This document shows positions 27,094-36,956 of a DNA stretch of 64,000 nt, piece by piece (the first letter of the stretch is position 1; the number at the start of each line of letters is the position of its first letter). Under the pieces are notes generated by a model. It ran no database searches. It was not told the DNA's origin and saw only the letters and a list, made by a program, of their open reading frames with translations. The position numbers were made by a program, and so were the translations under genes. The DNA lies in IMG/VR virus record IMGVR_UViG_3300046002_005803, positions 1-64,000 of that record; one strand, written 5' to 3'. Source of the DNA: a virus (Duplodnaviria > Heunggongvirae > Uroviricota > Caudoviricetes).

Positions 27094-28432
27094 CAGTGCG
27101 GAATGTCTTGAATCTGGGAAACCGGAGACTGTATGATCCATCCTGATTCTGAGTAATAGCATCAGCCATTACTACAATAGTTTGACCAATAACTGAATAT
27201 CCATCATTCCAGTATGCTTGTCGTTCTTCATCGGTGTACCCACTACCCACATTAACTACAATGTGCTTACCATCATCAATTCCTTCGCAAACAAGAGCGC
27301 CCATACGACCTACATTCTTACCAGTACCTTCTTCAATCGCAATAACGGTTAAATCATAGTCATACACCGGTTTATATTTCATCCAACTAGTTGACCTCTT
27401 GCATTCGTAAGGTGCATCTACTGATTTTATCATAACGCCCTCAAAGCCAGCGTTTACCATATCTGTACAATATCTACTAAACTGATCCTTACCTGCTGCG
27501 GTGTCAAGATCAACCATAATATGGGGTAGCAATTCCATATTGGTCATTGCTTCAATTACAGGACGCATTGCATCAAGCAATTCAATACGCTTACTCAAAG
27601 GAGCATTCCACTGTCCTTTACGGAAATCTTGTAGTGGGATAATATCAAACACATTGAACACACTATCTGCTGCTTGTACATTATCCTTACGCCGTGCTTG
27701 TCGCATAAGTTCTTGGAATGAGTTGCCAATCACTTCACCGTCAAGTACAAAACCATTAACCAGACTACGACCTTGATCTACACCTGCACATGCACGAACC
27801 ATTAGGGTCCAATTAGCATGAATCTGTTCTTCAATATGACCAAAGTTCTCAAACACTTTACCATTGCGGCTATAGCAAACTACAGTGATGCCAAAGTCGC
27901 TAGGGATAACCGTGAACAATGCCCGAACCCCATCTAGTTTGGGTTCAAGCCGTTTTGTACCCTTCATTTCAGGACGACCTTCACCATTGGCTGCTAGTTG
28001 ACAGCTAAAGATTGGGATTTCGTATTCAGTCTTTTTACAGATTTTGTTGATAGTAGTTGATGAGATACCCACACGAAGGTCTCTGCGTAACACTGGTGCT
28101 AAGAAAGTATTCCATTCATTACTATCAAACCGTTCAGCTAAACTGTGTACCGCATCTCGTGCAGCATGACCGGTCAATTTTCGTTGACTAAGATCGGTCA
28201 GTAGTTGATTAAAATCATCCCAGGGATTTTCTGCGTCAACGATTCCCGCAGTATCGGGAATCTGTTTAACACCAAAAACCAAGTACGGGTTATAGCAGGC
28301 TTTTGCAAATTTCAAAAAATTTTGAGCATTTGTACTACCCAGGACACTCGCCTCTAATGCTTGCAATACTACATCTTCTTTGTGAAGGCGACTATTTGAT
28401 AGATTTAATTTTGTTATCCATGAAGCTGACAT
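27086..28432 (-). CDS. ATP-dependent DNA ligase
   Basis: Adenylation motif I KxDG (LEPKLDGVRALF); size of 448 aa and motif spacing are consistent with phage/T4-type ATP ligases. Confidence 0.75.
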   Translation of the reverse strand: MSASWITKLNLSNSRLHKEDVVLQALEASVLGSTNAQNFLKFAKACYNPYLVFGVKQIPDTAGIVDAENPWDDFNQLLTDLSQRKLTGHAARDAVHSLAERFDSNEWNTFLAPVLRRDLRVGISSTTINKICKKTEYEIPIFSCQLAANGEGRPEMKGTKRLEPKLDGVRALFTVIPSDFGITVVCYSRNGKVFENFGHIEEQIHANWTLMVRACAGVDQGRSLVNGFVLDGEVIGNSFQELMRQARRKDNVQAADSVFNVFDIIPLQDFRKGQWNAPLSKRIELLDAMRPVIEAMTNMELLPHIMVDLDTAAGKDQFSRYCTDMVNAGFEGVMIKSVDAPYECKRSTSWMKYKPVYDYDLTVIAIEEGTGKNVGRMGALVCEGIDDGKHIVVNVGSGYTDEERQAYWNDGYSVIGQTIVVMADAITQNQDGSYSLRFPRFKTFRTDK

Positions 28433-28444
28433 TGTTTTTCCTAT

Positions 28445-28663
28445 TTAAATTTTTGTTTTGTTACGGGTAGTAGCCGCTACTGCACGGGCACGACATTCAG
28501 CAGTTACTTCTGGGGGTACATTTTCATAATCAGCTAGATTGTTACACTCATATTCAATGACAACAGTGTTGGGATCATCTGTACACAAATTCTCAGGATC
28601 CGGTCGTAGCGCAAGCATCAGTGTTATGAGGAGAAGTCCCCCAATTGTAATATTTTTTGTCAT
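28445..28663 (-). CDS. Small secreted Cys-containing protein
   Basis: Signal-peptide-like ITIGGLLLITLMLAL. Confidence 0.3.
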   Translation of the reverse strand: MTKNITIGGLLLITLMLALRPDPENLCTDDPNTVVIEYECNNLADYENVPPEVTAECRARAVAATTRNKTKI

Positions 28664-29007
28664 GTTATCACTAAACTATTCTTTTCATTTTTCAAGATGT
28701 TGACCAACTGACGATTGCGTTCATCTTGTTCTTTGCGTTCACGCTTTTTGACATCGCTAATCTTTAGCATTTGATCATAATCACGCGCCCACACTACACC
28801 TTGCATAAACTTGCCAGCCTCTTCCAATGATCCAACAAATAAGACAGCATCACGACAATAGATAGGCAATGAATCTTTATCTTTGGGAACCAATGCTATA
28901 GTTTCACCATAAGTATTATCGTATTTATTTGAGGCAAACTTCATTCCGATCTGATCGGTCATTTCTTCTAACTTGCGAATTTTTTGAATTGTAACCCAGC
29001 CTAACAT
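28660..29007 (-). CDS. Hypothetical protein
   Basis: ORF only. Confidence 0.3.
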   Translation of the reverse strand: MLGWVTIQKIRKLEEMTDQIGMKFASNKYDNTYGETIALVPKDKDSLPIYCRDAVLFVGSLEEAGKFMQGVVWARDYDQMLKISDVKKRERKEQDERNRQLVNILKNEKNSLVIT

Positions 29008-29008
29008 A

Positions 29009-29371
29009 TTATGCTTTCAATGTTTCCCAAATATATTCTTTTTCCATCTTTTCAACCCACTTGGTTCTGATACCACCTTCATCATGCAACCAAGCTATTA
29101 CATTTTCATTACATCCCCAGCTAGTTGGCGGGAGTCTTGATTCAGTAGTTAACCATTTGACAATCTCAAAGATAACATGCTTGTTGGCATTGTCTGCGCT
29201 TGATACGGCTCCATACAAATTATTAGTAAGTATGCTTGTGAGAAAACCACCAGGCGGGTAACCTTTAAGGAAATAATTGTCCAATGCTTCCATTGTATGC
29301 TCAGGAAAAGCTAACTCACCCAATCGACGACTTTCTTTCTGTTTTGAAACCAGTGATAATTTTTTAGTCAT
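29009..29371 (-). CDS. Hypothetical protein
   Basis: ORF only. Confidence 0.3.
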   Translation of the reverse strand: MTKKLSLVSKQKESRRLGELAFPEHTMEALDNYFLKGYPPGGFLTSILTNNLYGAVSSADNANKHVIFEIVKWLTTESRLPPTSWGCNENVIAWLHDEGGIRTKWVEKMEKEYIWETLKA

Positions 29372-29489
29372 GCTAATTCAAAAATAACATTAGTCCCGTG
29401 TTTTACATCTTCACCGACTCCCTTGACTGCTCCCGCTATTGTACTGCATCCTGAGATAAAAGTCAATAGCAATATACCCAATATCGTTT

Positions 29490-30131
29490 TCATGCGATTA
29501 CCTTTACCCGATTCAATTGAGTAACATTGTCACGGTGTGCTTTGACAGTGCCCTGCAGGTCAACCATCATACCCACTTCTAGTTGATGTTTGAATGCAAA
29601 GAACAACACTTGGTCATCACTGGTGATGCCAGTGACATAGTTGGTGTCCCATTGTTGCGAATAGAAAGTTTTGAGAACTTCAATCCTGACCGAGACTTTA
29701 TCAGTCAGTTGGCCAATGAATCCACCGGTAGCAAACGCAACTCGCTGGTCCACAGTTTGTCGTTTCATGCCACGCTCGTAGCATGAAGGCAAACTAGTGA
29801 GTACTGCGATATCATAATTAGTTTCAATAGTTTCACGATTGGCAAGTAGCATTGCAGTGTTGTCAAACTCCGACAACTTGATACCTTTAAGGATTTTGAA
29901 TGTGAATGCTTGATAGAACTGTCGAACCAATTTACCTTGCTCAACATCTTCTGCGGTAATCATACTGGGTTCAGCAAGCAAATTCAGTACCAATCGGCGA
30001 TTAGTTTGACCAGCGGGAGCATCTGCATCAACCTTGATATAACCTTGATTGAGGCGTTGTGCTTGACAGGCCGCAGCCCATGCGTCATCAGCGTTGATAT
30101 TCAGGAGAGCAGGTTTGTGATAGTTAGCCAT
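29490..30131 (-). CDS. Hypothetical protein (213 aa)
   Basis: ORF downstream of cassette copy D. Confidence 0.35.
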   Translation of the reverse strand: MANYHKPALLNINADDAWAAACQAQRLNQGYIKVDADAPAGQTNRRLVLNLLAEPSMITAEDVEQGKLVRQFYQAFTFKILKGIKLSEFDNTAMLLANRETIETNYDIAVLTSLPSCYERGMKRQTVDQRVAFATGGFIGQLTDKVSVRIEVLKTFYSQQWDTNYVTGITSDDQVLFFAFKHQLEVGMMVDLQGTVKAHRDNVTQLNRVKVIA

Positions 30132-30153
30132 TTTGAGTCCTTTAATTAACTGT

Positions 30154-30182
30154 CTAAGATTGTATTATATACCCAAATTCAT
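30154..30182 (-). promoter_or_regulatory. Consensus sigma70 promoter, cassette copy D
   Basis: Reverse complement = TTGACAttaaatgaatttgggtaTATAAT plus the conserved leader. Confidence 0.6.
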
Positions 30183-30188
30183 TTAATG

Positions 30189-30518
30189 TCAAATTTGGTT
30201 AATTGCGGACACCCGAATCTCAGCACTATCAACTTTGATACTGCGACTATAAACAGTGTTTTTGAACTTTTCACGCAGGTTGTATTTGCGATATTTGTCC
30301 AATGTCAGTGTCTTACCTTTAGTGCCAATTCCACCGCGACCCATAGAAATCAATGTATTCAATTGCTTGGAAAAGTAATAGTTACTATGTGTCAAATCAA
30401 CGCCAATACCATTAGAGACAATGCGTTTGAGTTTATATACACTAGTAGGTCCTACAACACCTTCAACAAGTTTGTATTCAGCATTTTTAGAGAATTCAGC
30501 ATAGTCAGATAAAATCAT
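30189..30518 (-). CDS. Hypothetical protein
   Basis: ORF downstream of cassette copy E. Confidence 0.35.
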   Translation of the reverse strand: MILSDYAEFSKNAEYKLVEGVVGPTSVYKLKRIVSNGIGVDLTHSNYYFSKQLNTLISMGRGGIGTKGKTLTLDKYRKYNLREKFKNTVYSRSIKVDSAEIRVSAINQI

Positions 30519-30550
30519 TTTGAGTCCTTTAATTAACTGTCTAAGATTGT

Positions 30551-30579
30551 ATTATATACCCAAATTCATTTAATGTCAA
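30551..30579 (-). promoter_or_regulatory. Consensus sigma70 promoter, cassette copy E
   Basis: Reverse complement = TTGACAttaaatgaatttgggtaTATAAT; the leader is identical to copy D. Confidence 0.6.
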
Positions 30580-30584
30580 GGCAG

Positions 30585-30608
30585 AAACGCCCCAATTAAG
30601 GGGCATTA
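30585..30608. terminator. Hairpin terminator (GCCCC-aattaa-GGGGC) immediately upstream of cassette copy E
   Basis: Perfect 5-bp GC stem with T-rich flank. Confidence 0.4.
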
Positions 30609-30620
30609 TTTGGGTAAGAA

Positions 30621-30890
30621 TTACTTCTTAGGTGTGTTTTGGTTTACGAAAGCATACATCTTTTCAGCAGTTTCCAATACTTTGTCAAGTCCCGGGAACT
30701 CTGGCATACCAAATTTGGTTAAGATGCTACCGTCTTGGGCTTTTGATTGAGCCATTTCCCAGCCTTGCCATTTGTATGAAAACTCTTGGCTAGTAAGGTG
30801 CTGTGCTTGTTTAAGAATCTCGGTACGAATCTCGTAACCGTTTTTTGATACCCGAATTTCGGGCATCTTGGGAAAAGTATTTTCTGACAT
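30621..30890 (-). CDS. Hypothetical protein
   Basis: ORF only. Confidence 0.3.
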   Translation of the reverse strand: MSENTFPKMPEIRVSKNGYEIRTEILKQAQHLTSQEFSYKWQGWEMAQSKAQDGSILTKFGMPEFPGLDKVLETAEKMYAFVNQNTPKK

Positions 30891-30967
30891 ATTAATCTCC
30901 TTATGTGTTAATGTCGGTGTGTGAATGGCTTATTTTATCAGTCTTTGCCTTGACTATTTCACCCTCA

Positions 30968-31216
30968 TTATGAGGATAACTTGTTTTTACTGATACTGTC
31001 AGCAGCATAAGACAACATCTCTATTGTATTCTTTGCTAGCATCTTTGCAAAGACTGTTTGGGCATCTATAAAGTCATTGGCAACTTTATTTAATCTCTCG
31101 TCTTTGTAAATTTGATTAGTTGCCATCCTTTTTGAGGATTGAATCAGATCAATATAAAATTCAGGTGTAAACATAATATTTCCTTTGTGTGTGTAATGAG
31201 TTTTTACAGAACTCAT
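30968..31216 (-). CDS. Hypothetical protein
   Basis: ORF only. Confidence 0.3.
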   Translation of the reverse strand: MSSVKTHYTHKGNIMFTPEFYIDLIQSSKRMATNQIYKDERLNKVANDFIDAQTVFAKMLAKNTIEMLSYAADSISKNKLSS

Positions 31217-31224
31217 AACTGTAT

Positions 31225-31533
31225 TTATACTTCAATATAGGTTTCTCTATACTTCTGCATAGCTTTTGCTCTGGCAACTGCTAATCTTACGATTACATAA
31301 TCAGATAATGGTTCATCATCTAAATCTATAACCTTTATGTCTACTTCGTAGACTTTAGGACGACTGTATGCACGATGACAGTCCAAATCTTCTGGGCCAT
31401 CATCGTCCCTATTATTGTCGTCTATTGTTAGATTACTTAGAAGCAGGAGTTGCTGGCTTGACTGCCGGTGCTGCTGGAGCAGCTTTATCTGTAGCTTTTT
31501 TGTCCTTGACAGGTTTATCACTTTTAGTGGCAT
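31225..31533 (-). CDS. Hypothetical protein (5' end uncertain; N-terminal third overlaps the next gene out of frame)
   Basis: ORF only. Confidence 0.25.
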   Translation of the reverse strand: MPLKVINLSRTKKLQIKLLQQHRQSSQQLLLLSNLTIDDNNRDDDGPEDLDCHRAYSRPKVYEVDIKVIDLDDEPLSDYVIVRLAVARAKAMQKYRETYIEV

Positions 31534-31792
31534 CCACTTTTTTGTCTTCCTTTTTCTTAGCCAATTTAAGTTCTTCTTTGGCTGGTGCTGTAGCCTTAGC
31601 AGGTGCTGCTACTGGTTTAGCCGCGGCTGGTGCCGCGGCTTCAACTTTGTCAGCTGGAGTCTTTTTAGCTTCTTCTTTCTTGGACGGGGCCGCAGCGGGT
31701 GCAGCAACAGCGGGTGCTGTAGTCTTGGCTGGCTCAGCAGCCAAGGCGGCAGTGGCCAATAAAGTAGCGATAACAGTGACGATTTTCTTCAT
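31433..31792 (-). CDS. Secreted Ala/Pro/Lys-rich low-complexity (histone-H1-like) protein
   Basis: Signal peptide MKKIVTVIATLLATAALAA, then AP/K-rich repeats; AAAGGAAAC RBS. Confidence 0.45.
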   Translation of the reverse strand: MKKIVTVIATLLATAALAAEPAKTTAPAVAAPAAAPSKKEEAKKTPADKVEAAAPAAAKPVAAPAKATAPAKEELKLAKKKEDKKVDATKSDKPVKDKKATDKAAPAAPAVKPATPASK

Positions 31793-31894
31793 TTGTGGTT
31801 TCCTTTTAAAGTATGAAAGTTGGTAGCAACATTATTGTGTCTACATATATATAACGTGGCAGCCCACGGAACCGTTGACAAGACTAAATACTAA

Positions 31895-32389
31895 ATGCAA
31901 TTACAATACATTTCTTATCAGGGCATCTACGATGGAACTAATTTTGAGGATGCTGCCTTACCTAAACAAATAACCAAATCCATGAATCATGGATTTAGTA
32001 CCATGGTGAATGTCTGGCGCGATAGTGGGAAACTTTATTTGGGTGTTAATCAACCAATTACTGAAGTGACTGAGAAATATCTGCAAGGACCTAGATTTTG
32101 GCTAAATGCCATGAATAGTGATATGCAGAATTGGATTGTAACTCAACCAAGCAATCTTTACCCAAACTACTTCTGGTTCCCCACTGCTACCGAAAGTACA
32201 CCGGTAACCGCAAGTAATGGAAAAATTATTACTCCCGGTACTGTTCCTGTAAACAATACCAGTGTTATATTTCTTCCTGAGATACAGGATAGAGGAATGT
32301 TCAGTACAGTACACCTACGATGTTTCGGTGTATGTAGTAATTATTTGTCTTTTATTAAACGAATGCGTAATGAAGGTGTGTGGTATTAA
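31895..32389 (+). CDS. Hypothetical protein (only plus-strand gene in this region)
   Basis: 164-aa ORF, divergent from its neighbours. Confidence 0.35.
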   Translation: MQLQYISYQGIYDGTNFEDAALPKQITKSMNHGFSTMVNVWRDSGKLYLGVNQPITEVTEKYLQGPRFWLNAMNSDMQNWIVTQPSNLYPNYFWFPTATESTPVTASNGKIITPGTVPVNNTSVIFLPEIQDRGMFSTVHLRCFGVCSNYLSFIKRMRNEGVWY

Positions 32390-32405
32390 CTGGATTTTCC
32401 TTCAG

Positions 32406-32795
32406 TTATTGTCGCACCCTAACTGATTCTAAATAACTTTCTATATCACCATATAGTGCTAGCATCATTGCTATCTTACTATCATATAGTCTTATAAACG
32501 GTTCTTTTGCTTCTATGGTTTTATTTACGCTAAAGTAATATGGACATTTAATTTTCTTATTACATTCAGTTAGAAACTTATACCAATGGTTAAGTTTAAT
32601 CTTAACCGGTAAGTCAAAATATTCAATTTCTGCTTGTCTAAACATTAGATCACCTTGTGGGGTGAGGCGTAGACTATCACCTGATTTGGTGAACCACCAA
32701 TCACTTATAACTGTTTCAATTGGGATGTTATTACTAGGCAGTTGATCCATAACTGCTCTAGTGATTGTGTATTTTACTTTTCGTCTATCATTCAT
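32406..32795 (-). CDS. Hypothetical protein
   Basis: ORF only. Confidence 0.3.
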   Translation of the reverse strand: MNDRRKVKYTITRAVMDQLPSNNIPIETVISDWWFTKSGDSLRLTPQGDLMFRQAEIEYFDLPVKIKLNHWYKFLTECNKKIKCPYYFSVNKTIEAKEPFIRLYDSKIAMMLALYGDIESYLESVRVRQ

Positions 32796-33081
32796 CTGGG
32801 TACACTGTGGTACCGGTATTCATAAACACCACAGTGAACAAAGCTGTTTTAAATTGTATGTTTAGTTTGCGACAAAGATTCCGTGCATGTCCAGGATTAC
32901 TGAAACTTGTTTTCTTATACTTGGGAGTAGCATCCGGATCTTGATAGTGCTGTGACTTTAAATTGATAGGTTGACCATCATAGAATACAGCCCATATACC
33001 TGCAGCTTCTACGATTTGATCAGACTTGTATGTTACTTTATCTACAAATTCTAATAATACTTTTGGTTGCATTCTTGCCAT
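32788..33081 (-). CDS. Hypothetical protein
   Basis: ORF only. Confidence 0.3.
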   Translation of the reverse strand: MARMQPKVLLEFVDKVTYKSDQIVEAAGIWAVFYDGQPINLKSQHYQDPDATPKYKKTSFSNPGHARNLCRKLNIQFKTALFTVVFMNTGTTVYPDE

Positions 33082-33278
33082 TAAAATTTACCTCCGACTA
33101 TTTCAAGTTGAATAACTTCGGAAGTGTTTTTCTTTCCCTCAGTAACCTCATAGTGATCTACCAACAATTTAGCTAATTCATCACGCAGACCACGCGCATC
33201 GGATAATGGGATAACCACATCCTTACCCTGTCTACTTTCAATATTAGTTACTCTATCAATAAATCGTTTAATATGCAT
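33081..33278 (-). CDS. Hypothetical protein
   Basis: ORF only. Confidence 0.3.
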   Translation of the reverse strand: MHIKRFIDRVTNIESRQGKDVVIPLSDARGLRDELAKLLVDHYEVTEGKKNTSEVIQLEIVGGKF

Positions 33279-33736
33279 TAGATATTTATCTGAGTTTTTG
33301 CTTCGTCCTCAGTTTTATAAGGACCCATATACTCATAACGCTGGATAAAGATGTATTTAGGACAAAAAATGATATTTGGTTCTTCACCTTGATACAAAAC
33401 ATACCAACCCGCGGCATGAAAGCACTTGCTTTTCAGTGTTTTTGTAAAAACATGTATCTTGCGCTTGATATCAAGTATAGAGTTATATGCCTTCTTGGTA
33501 GTGGGATAATCGTTGAAAGGAACTTCTTTTTTTGTTTTATCTAGCTTAATGGTTTGAAACTCTATATTGGTTTGCTTTTGAATACTATTAGTATTTTTAA
33601 AATGAGTTTTACTGCCGTTAAGTTTTACCTCAAAGCCGGACCCATCAGCAATAACATTTCCTACCTTTTCAGTACCATCAGTAACAATCCAAAATTGATT
33701 CTTAACGACGGGTTTTGCGATTAGTGGTTTTGTCAT
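33278..33736 (-). CDS. Hypothetical protein
   Basis: ORF only. Confidence 0.3.
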   Translation of the reverse strand: MTKPLIAKPVVKNQFWIVTDGTEKVGNVIADGSGFEVKLNGSKTHFKNTNSIQKQTNIEFQTIKLDKTKKEVPFNDYPTTKKAYNSILDIKRKIHVFTKTLKSKCFHAAGWYVLYQGEEPNIIFCPKYIFIQRYEYMGPYKTEDEAKTQINI

Positions 33737-34022
33737 CTTCTTTCATTTCTATTAATTTTGTAATCTTTTTAAAATTACTTTGTTTGTCTACTATAACATT
33801 ATAGGTTACATCTGCAAAGCGAATTGGCAAATCTAAATGAATGACAAACTGCGGACCAATTGTATCATTGATTACAGTATCAAGTCCAATCGCACCCACA
33901 AACGGAATTTTGTTCCAATATCCAAAGACTCGTTGACCAAATGCATATTTAGCCTTGTGCCTATTCTTAGCAAAATAATCAGCTAGACTTACCATACTAT
34001 TCCCATTGATGTGTTTTGTCAT
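33702..34022 (-). CDS. Hypothetical protein (start moved to an internal ATG to limit overlap)
   Basis: ORF only. Confidence 0.25.
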   Translation of the reverse strand: MTKHINGNSMVSLADYFAKNRHKAKYAFGQRVFGYWNKIPFVGAIGLDTVINDTIGPQFVIHLDLPIRFADVTYNVIVDKQSNFKKITKLIEMKEDDKTTNRKTRR

Positions 34023-34260
34023 TCCAGTGACGAGTATCGTACAGGTACAATTCACATTCGTAACCAAACAGTCCAAATTCCATGCGTAGTCCAGCATGAT
34101 CTTGTCTAATTGAATATGCTAATGCTAATTTAACAATATTTGCTGTACAGTAAATATTGGCTTCAACTGCTTTATTCTTAGTGAGTAGCTTGCTAGTACC
34201 TGTTAATATTTCAAAGCGGGTGCTGAAGGGATAGTCAATAGAAAAATTTATATTGATCAT
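33997..34260 (-). CDS. Hypothetical protein
   Basis: ORF only. Confidence 0.3.
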   Translation of the reverse strand: MININFSIDYPFSTRFEILTGTSKLLTKNKAVEANIYCTANIVKLALAYSIRQDHAGLRMEFGLFGYECELYLYDTRHWNDKTHQWE

Positions 34261-34466
34261 TCTTCAACTCCGAAATATTCTTCTATCTCTTTCATCGCAG
34301 CGACTCCTACCATGCCTGATACTTTTTTATCAACAATGTCGAGGCATTTAATAACAATCAACCGGGCGAACACCTCTAAGTCTGGTTGTGGAAACGGGAT
34401 TTCATTACCTAGCCTGTCGTATTTTCTAGTTGCTTCTTCAGCAAGCAGTTTAATTTGTTCGTTCAT
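34257..34466 (-). CDS. HFGVEE-family small protein (paralog 5; ends YFGVEE)
   Basis: MNEQIKLLAEEA...VFARLIVIKC...EEYFGVEE*. Confidence 0.5.
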   Translation of the reverse strand: MNEQIKLLAEEATRKYDRLGNEIPFPQPDLEVFARLIVIKCLDIVDKKVSGMVGVAAMKEIEEYFGVEE

Positions 34467-34498
34467 GTTATATCTGCTAGGATGTTTAGTAAAGTCGT

Positions 34499-35053
34499 TT
34501 ATTCATTTTCTTTTTCGTTACTATGGGCTGCACATACTGTTTTAATCCAACCGCCACTAGTTTGCTCACCGGGAGCTCCGCATTCTTCACAAGTAACCCC
34601 ACTCATGCTTTCTGCCATACGGACCATTCCGTCAATAATATCATCGCCACCTGTGTAGTAGAAGCGTAGTGTGCCAAACTTTTCTTTAACTTGATCTAGT
34701 GTAACTTGTGGAATCGGTTCAGGCACTTGTCTACTGTCTCCGGCAATAATTTCCGCAAGCCGTTTTTCTTTGTACTCTGGATTGATAACACTTTTCATTT
34801 CTTCTTCAAACAGATCAAAATTGCCCCCTCTGGCTTGTGTAGCCATATTGTTATAATCTATGGCCCACTTACGCTGTTTCTCTTGCCAATCAAGATGATG
34901 TTGGATATTGCCCATAAGTTGATCCAATATATTGAACCATCCTTCACCGCATGAAAAACCCCAACACATGCAAGTCTCCATTGGAGATTTATTGCGGTTG
35001 ACCATCATCTTTGGATACTTCTCGCATAATAGCGTATCTAATTCTTGTTTCAT
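34499..35053 (-). CDS. Hypothetical Cys-rich protein
   Basis: ORF only. Confidence 0.35.
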   Translation of the reverse strand: MKQELDTLLCEKYPKMMVNRNKSPMETCMCWGFSCGEGWFNILDQLMGNIQHHLDWQEKQRKWAIDYNNMATQARGGNFDLFEEEMKSVINPEYKEKRLAEIIAGDSRQVPEPIPQVTLDQVKEKFGTLRFYYTGGDDIIDGMVRMAESMSGVTCEECGAPGEQTSGGWIKTVCAAHSNEKENE

Positions 35054-35298
35054 TCTTCAACTCCAAAATGTTCTTTAATTTGATCAATACCTTGATCTAC
35101 AGCATCATGCCAAGTACTTGAGTATTCTTGATTATTCATAGTCTGCCACGAGTGCATTTCATTCAGAATGGCACAACATTCACCTACAATCAACTTGGTG
35201 AACTCTCTCATTTGATCAAAAGTATACCCGTGCATATCTCCTTGTTCAGGATCATACCCTAACCATTCTTGCGCTGGTAATTTAATTTGGTTGTTCAT
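35050..35298 (-). CDS. HFGVEE-family small protein (paralog 6)
   Basis: Start at the ATG at 35298 (MNNQIKLPAQEW...), which has a GGAGGTGG RBS; ...FTKLIVGECCAI...EHFGVEE*. Confidence 0.5.
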   Translation of the reverse strand: MNNQIKLPAQEWLGYDPEQGDMHGYTFDQMREFTKLIVGECCAILNEMHSWQTMNNQEYSSTWHDAVDQGIDQIKEHFGVEE

Positions 35299-35416
35299 AC
35301 CACCTCCACTACACGATATTGACTGTGCGGGTAATTCTTCATAAGCCATTCAATCATACCTTCTTCATAAGGAAGAAATACACTATTGAATTTGTTGGTT
35401 ATACACTTTTGCATGA

Positions 35417-35881
35417 TCAATCCTTTGTTAATTCAGCAACTAATAAGAAATGATCGTATGCTTTCTTAACTGCTGGATTAGAGTATAACACATCTGCTTC
35501 CTTTTGTAAAGCCTTTATAGCTACTTGGGCAATATCATGTGCGCTTGAATGGCTCAATGAGCAAAGTTCATCACCAAACTCTTTGGCCAATTTCTTCCAT
35601 GCTCGTTGTTGTCCTTTGGTAACAGGAGTTTGTTGTGGACGCATTTCACTGGCCACACGTATAGCATGAGTAATCGCATCCTCTGCTACGCGGCCTGCTG
35701 CAATCATTGCTGCATAGTTAGGATCGATGTTGTACCTGCGACTCTGCCCTCCCGGATAGCACATCACAAGATGATTACCTTTTGGAAAACTATCAATGTA
35801 TTCACTGTCATATTCTGCAACAGGTTTATAAATTACCCTACCTGCATTAGATAGTAGTTTTTCGTAGTAAATCTTTTTCAT
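35417..35881 (-). CDS. Hypothetical protein
   Basis: ORF only. Confidence 0.3.
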   Translation of the reverse strand: MKKIYYEKLLSNAGRVIYKPVAEYDSEYIDSFPKGNHLVMCYPGGQSRRYNIDPNYAAMIAAGRVAEDAITHAIRVASEMRPQQTPVTKGQQRAWKKLAKEFGDELCSLSHSSAHDIAQVAIKALQKEADVLYSNPAVKKAYDHFLLVAELTKD

Positions 35882-35882
35882 A

Positions 35883-36722
35883 TCATGTCCACAAACTCTG
35901 CCTGATCTTAATTAAACGAATCAGCATTTCTGTATCTTCTTTTTCGTAGGCTTTTTCAATCTTGGATAACAGTTTCATGGCCTTGTTGCTTGCTTTTTTA
36001 CTAGCAGTATCTTTTGAATTCATCCCAATCCAGTGATCACCATGTTCATTCCGCAAACTATCGCAGTAAGCACTCCACCCACTTGCATCATGTGGATCGG
36101 GACGATTGCGATAGGTAACTGTCCACCAAGTATAAAGTTCTTTGAGTTCCTTGGCCCTAATTGCTTGACTAGTAAGTACTGCCTCACCTTTCTTATCTTC
36201 ATCCAAGAATTCTTCATTGGTAAGTGTCATTTCCCAATCAAGATGATCTAGCCCAGCCTGTGGACAGCGCCACACCCTCCAACGCCACCAACCACTGGCC
36301 CAGAATGGAGGATTGTACTTAGCGCGGGCTGTTTTATCACCCCAGGCAATGTGTGACCATGCTTGTTCAATTTCAACAAAGTCTACCAGTTCGTTAAACA
36401 AGCAAGGAAGAAACCGATTACCAACATCGCACCAATCACCAGGCTTAATATCACGCGCATGGGCAGTAAGACTGTGAGTACGACTAACCCAGCGATTATT
36501 GATGTAATACTTGATGCTGTATAAACTTCTAATAGGCCAAGTGACAAAATCTTGGATATCACCAAGGGCTTCTTCAGCTACCCAATAGCGGAAGTTATGT
36601 TTCATTTGAGCCCGAGTTGTCCATTCATTCCATTCTTCGGCTGTGCCTGCTTTAAGTTTGTTAGTGCCTCGAATCCAATCAGCGAGTGGACCGCAAGACC
36701 AATAGTGTGTGTGCTGTGCCAT
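35883..36722 (-). CDS. Hypothetical Trp-rich protein (279 aa)
   Basis: ORF only. Confidence 0.35.
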   Translation of the reverse strand: MAQHTHYWSCGPLADWIRGTNKLKAGTAEEWNEWTTRAQMKHNFRYWVAEEALGDIQDFVTWPIRSLYSIKYYINNRWVSRTHSLTAHARDIKPGDWCDVGNRFLPCLFNELVDFVEIEQAWSHIAWGDKTARAKYNPPFWASGWWRWRVWRCPQAGLDHLDWEMTLTNEEFLDEDKKGEAVLTSQAIRAKELKELYTWWTVTYRNRPDPHDASGWSAYCDSLRNEHGDHWIGMNSKDTASKKASNKAMKLLSKIEKAYEKEDTEMLIRLIKIRQSLWT

Positions 36723-36956
36723 TTATTCTCCTAGTTTTTCCCATACCCATTCAGACTCTTTCATGTGTGCTACTGGTTTCAACCATCCATTACTAATGCA
36801 GTCAGATATAATTTGCTTATAATTTTCAGGACATTCTCTGTTAATTTCAAAACTAGCCCTAGGAATATTAACAAAACCCTTTTTATCAATCATAGTAAAC
36901 TCTGGATCACCGCATCGTATTGTCTTAATGCGAAAAGATGATTCAGTTACCTTCAT
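36723..36956 (-). CDS. Hypothetical protein
   Basis: ORF only. Confidence 0.3.
   Translation of the reverse strand: MKVTESSFRIKTIRCGDPEFTMIDKKGFVNIPRASFEINRECPENYKQIISDCISNGWLKPVAHMKESEWVWEKLGE

Noticed and set aside
15258-30580. Repeated ~60-bp elements considered as a possible CRISPR array or MITE
   Set aside because: Copies are kilobases apart, irregularly spaced, always oriented upstream of a gene, and contain a TTGACA-17-TATAAT promoter plus RBS. They are a promoter/leader cassette, not CRISPR repeats.
31368-31826. Two long plus-strand ORFs (31368..31826, 31415..31762) and the minus ORF 19676..19882
   Set aside because: They are frame artefacts of the GC-rich Ala/Pro/Lys low-complexity genes on the other strand (31433..31792 and 19596..19886), which have signal peptide and RBS support.
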